A stretch of DNA of 64,000 bases from the NCBI GenBank assembly GCA_963797095.1, contig CAWCNY010000002.1, forward strand, positions 192,001 to 256,000, written 5' to 3'. Below the pieces are notes generated by a model. The model had not been told where the DNA came from. It made no database searches and saw nothing but the letters and a program-made list of their open reading frames with translations. Source of the DNA: an uncultured Chloroflexia bacterium. GTDB lineage: Bacteria; Chloroflexota; Chloroflexia; QHBQ01; JADMIH01. The position numbers and the translations under genes were made by a program. Within the stretch, counting starts at the first letter, position 1; every line of letters starts with the position of its first letter. This document shows, in pieces, positions 61,677-64,000 of the stretch.

Positions 61677-61894
61677 TGAGATCCACTCATAAATCGGCTC
61701 GGTGCGTGGTGGGAGCATCCAGAAGGTCGAGTGGGCGCGTTACACTGCCCAAGACCACCTGCCGGCAAACTTGAACACGCACAGCATGAGGGTTGGCATG
61801 GTGGGCCATTGCTGCCGTCGGCACCTCAACTGACCACTTGGAAGATGCGTCGCACGCGTGATTCGTGCCTGTGGGCAGTTATGAGTGGATCTCA
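61677..61894. mobile_element. MITE with IS10-like (IS4 family) ends
   Basis: Perfect 16-bp TIR TGAGATCCACTCATAA (61677-61692 and 61879-61894), flanked by direct repeat GTCATCCAT (61667-61675 and 61895-61903). Confidence 0.8.
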
Positions 61895-61906
61895 GTCATC
61901 CATAGC

Positions 61907-61936
61907 TTGACTACTGAACACCCGTGATGCTATATT
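61907..61936 (+). promoter_or_regulatory. Promoter of the second Cys-rich/Kelch module
   Basis: TTGACT-18 bp-TATATT with an extended -10 TG. Confidence 0.5.
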
Positions 61937-62014
61937 AGCGTCACTCACCTTTCTTAGGTCCATCTAGGGCCGAATCCACCATCGACACATCCTCAAATGC
62001 AAGGAGGGACGACT

Positions 62015-62482
62015 ATGCTCGATCAGACGATCCGTGTCTTCAGCGAGGGGTTGGCGCGTGCCCTTGACCGGCGCACTTTCCTCAAGCGCACTGCTGGAAC
62101 CATCGCTTCAGGGATAGCAGCTCTTGTTATGGGGCCAATGCTTGCCGCCAACTCTCGCGCCATCGCAGCCCCTCTTATCCCAACCGTCGCGAACTGCGCT
62201 CCTCCCGGTCCCTACTGCAACCTCGACGGCCAGAACGAGCCGAACGGCTGTCGTGGCGCAAGCTGCTTCCAGCATGTGTCGAGCGGGCAGCTTCTTCAAT
62301 GCCGCGTCTACTACATCTACGCGATCACCGGCTGCTGGACAACCTCTTCCGGTGGCGGCTACTGGACCTGCTGCGACTGTACCTGCACCAACGGCACAAC
62401 CAATGCCAGTTGCGGTTGCGCTCAATATTCCGGTGCGGGTGGGGCTGTGCCTGACTTACCCGATGGTGGAGGGAGCAAGTAA
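62015..62482 (+). CDS. Tat-exported 12-Cys small protein, MauA-like leader (paralog 2)
   Basis: DRRTFL; CAPPGPYCN...GCWT...YWTCCDCTC...CGC; RBS AAGGAGG. Confidence 0.8.
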   Translation: MLDQTIRVFSEGLARALDRRTFLKRTAGTIASGIAALVMGPMLAANSRAIAAPLIPTVANCAPPGPYCNLDGQNEPNGCRGASCFQHVSSGQLLQCRVYYIYAITGCWTTSSGGGYWTCCDCTCTNGTTNASCGCAQYSGAGGAVPDLPDGGGSK

Positions 62483-64000
62483 TGAATAACAACTCCCTCA
62501 AGCGGCTCCTCCCGGTCCTTGCCATACTTCTCGTGCCGGTGGCCCTTATTATCGTAGCGGTCACATTATCTAACCTCCCTTCAGATAGCCCTGCGGAGAG
62601 CAACGCGGTCACACAGGATCAGAAAGGCTCGCCTCTCGGCGTCTGGTCCGATCTGCCCAACTTCCCCATAGTCGATCTCGGCTTTTCGGGCAGTGGCACC
62701 TCCCCGGTCGGCCCGCTCAAGCTCAAGCGTGCCGCTGCCGTTGCCTACCCGCCTAATGGCAAAGTCTATGTGCTCGGTGGCCGTCACCGTCCCGACGGCG
62801 AAGACATAGGCAGCAGGTGGATCTGGGAATACGACCCTATCACCAACGCTCTCACACAAAAGGCCGCTCTGATCGACGCCAACAATTATGGCGAACGCTA
62901 CGATTCCTCGATGGCTGCGGCTGTCATCACCGACACTAACGGCCCTCGCATCTATATGATTGGCGGCATCAGCCAGGATAGCATTGTGACGCCAATAGTC
63001 CGAGTCTATGACCCAACCGGCGATACCTTGACCACTCTTAGCCCCGCCGACTACTGGCCTGCCAGCCCGGAGCGTGTGCCTGGCGGCTATGCCGTCTATA
63101 ACAACAAGCTTTATATCTTCGGCGGCCACACGGCCAAGCCTACCAGCCAGCTATTCAGCGATACCTGGGTGTTCGACCCGTTGGGCACTATCGGCAACAA
63201 ATGGACCCAGATAGCCGGTGCCGACCTCTCCACCGCCCGTGCCTACATAGCGGGCGCTACTCTCGATGGCTATATTTACGCAATTGGCGGCGACATAGTC
63301 GTCTCAACTACCGTAACCTCGGTGAACACCGTCGAGCGCTTCAACCCGGCCAATCCCGGCGCGGGCTGGCAACCGGTCGCGCCATTGCCTTATGCTCGGG
63401 GCGATATGGGCGCGTGGGCATACGACACCGGCACAGGTTACGAAATCTCAGGCAGAATACTGGTCGCGGGCGGCGGCTATCCTTCGCCCGATACCCACTC
63501 CTATATCTACAACCCTGTCACCAATAGTTGGGGCTTTTTCGCCGACATGCTTCGGCCCAGGCGCAACTACGCCTACACACAGCTCAACGGCATCCTCTAT
63601 GCGTGGGGAGGCTACAATGTAACTCGCGGCGTGCAGGACGGCTCCAATGATAGCATGAAGTACGACGCTTCCGGCCCGCCTCCGCCGCCTGTCATCACGC
63701 CTACCAATACGCCCATTCCCTCGCCCACCTCTTGCTACTCCGATCAGGATTACGAGTACCTCATGACCGGAGCCGCAACTGTTGTACCTGGAACCACTAT
63801 GGTCCCAGGCAGCAATTGCTCGACCTGCATACACCTCATCGACCTTCCCTTCCCTGTTCAACTCTATGGTCAGACATTCAATTCGGCGATGGTAGGCTCG
63901 ACCGGCAATATGCAGCTTCAAAGCAACAGCCCCTTCTGGATCAACCGCTGTCTGCCCTACAATAATTTCACCTACACCCTCATGCCCCTCTGGGATGATC
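62482..64000 (+). CDS. Secreted Kelch-repeat protein, paralog of 31557-34334 (runs off the window; absent from the ORF track)
   Basis: ATG overlaps the upstream TAA (TAATG). Hand translation gives MNNNSLKRLLPVLAILL...KLKRAAAVAYPPNGKVYVLGGRH...RWIWEYDP. Confidence 0.85.
   Translation, partial: MNNNSLKRLLPVLAILLVPVALIIVAVTLSNLPSDSPAESNAVTQDQKGSPLGVWSDLPNFPIVDLGFSGSGTSPVGPLKLKRAAAVAYPPNGKVYVLGGRHRPDGEDIGSRWIWEYDPITNALTQKAALIDANNYGERYDSSMAAAVITDTNGPRIYMIGGISQDSIVTPIVRVYDPTGDTLTTLSPADYWPASPERVPGGYAVYNNKLYIFGGHTAKPTSQLFSDTWVFDPLGTIGNKWTQIAGADLSTARAYIAGATLDGYIYAIGGDIVVSTTVTSVNTVERFNPANPGAGWQPVAPLPYARGDMGAWAYDTGTGYEISGRILVAGGGYPSPDTHSYIYNPVTNSWGFFADMLRPRRNYAYTQLNGILYAWGGYNVTRGVQDGSNDSMKYDASGPPPPPVITPTNTPIPSPTSCYSDQDYEYLMTGAATVVPGTTMVPGSNCSTCIHLIDLPFPVQLYGQTFNSAMVGSTGNMQLQSNSPFWINRCLPYNNFTYTLMPLWDD

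Overview
64-kb chromosomal window of a moderately GC-rich bacterium. The Cys-containing S-layer-homology (SLH) modules, FPETG-type cell-surface repeats and heptamer repeats suggest Chloroflexota (inference). It carries about 50 protein genes. These include housekeeping and metabolic genes (trxA-like, sufB, selD with an in-frame UGA/Sec codon, tdh, GH32, HtrA, LysM-L,D-transpeptidase), a capsule/EPS tyrosine-kinase cluster, and many secreted or S-layer-anchored proteins. Mobile DNA comprises a decayed IS4-family element inside a GTAG palindrome and a ~219-bp IS10-like MITE. No rRNA, tRNA or CRISPR array was seen. The most striking signal is a module present twice: a Tat-exported 12-Cys small protein with a MauA-like leader directly followed by a Kelch beta-propeller surface protein, once preceded by a MauD-like gene. 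Second is an XRE-STAND-TPR regulator that shares a short 'VxRxVVx(I/V)xTTE' motif with an 80-aa protein encoded divergently next to it. All family calls come from motif recognition by eye; no searches were run.
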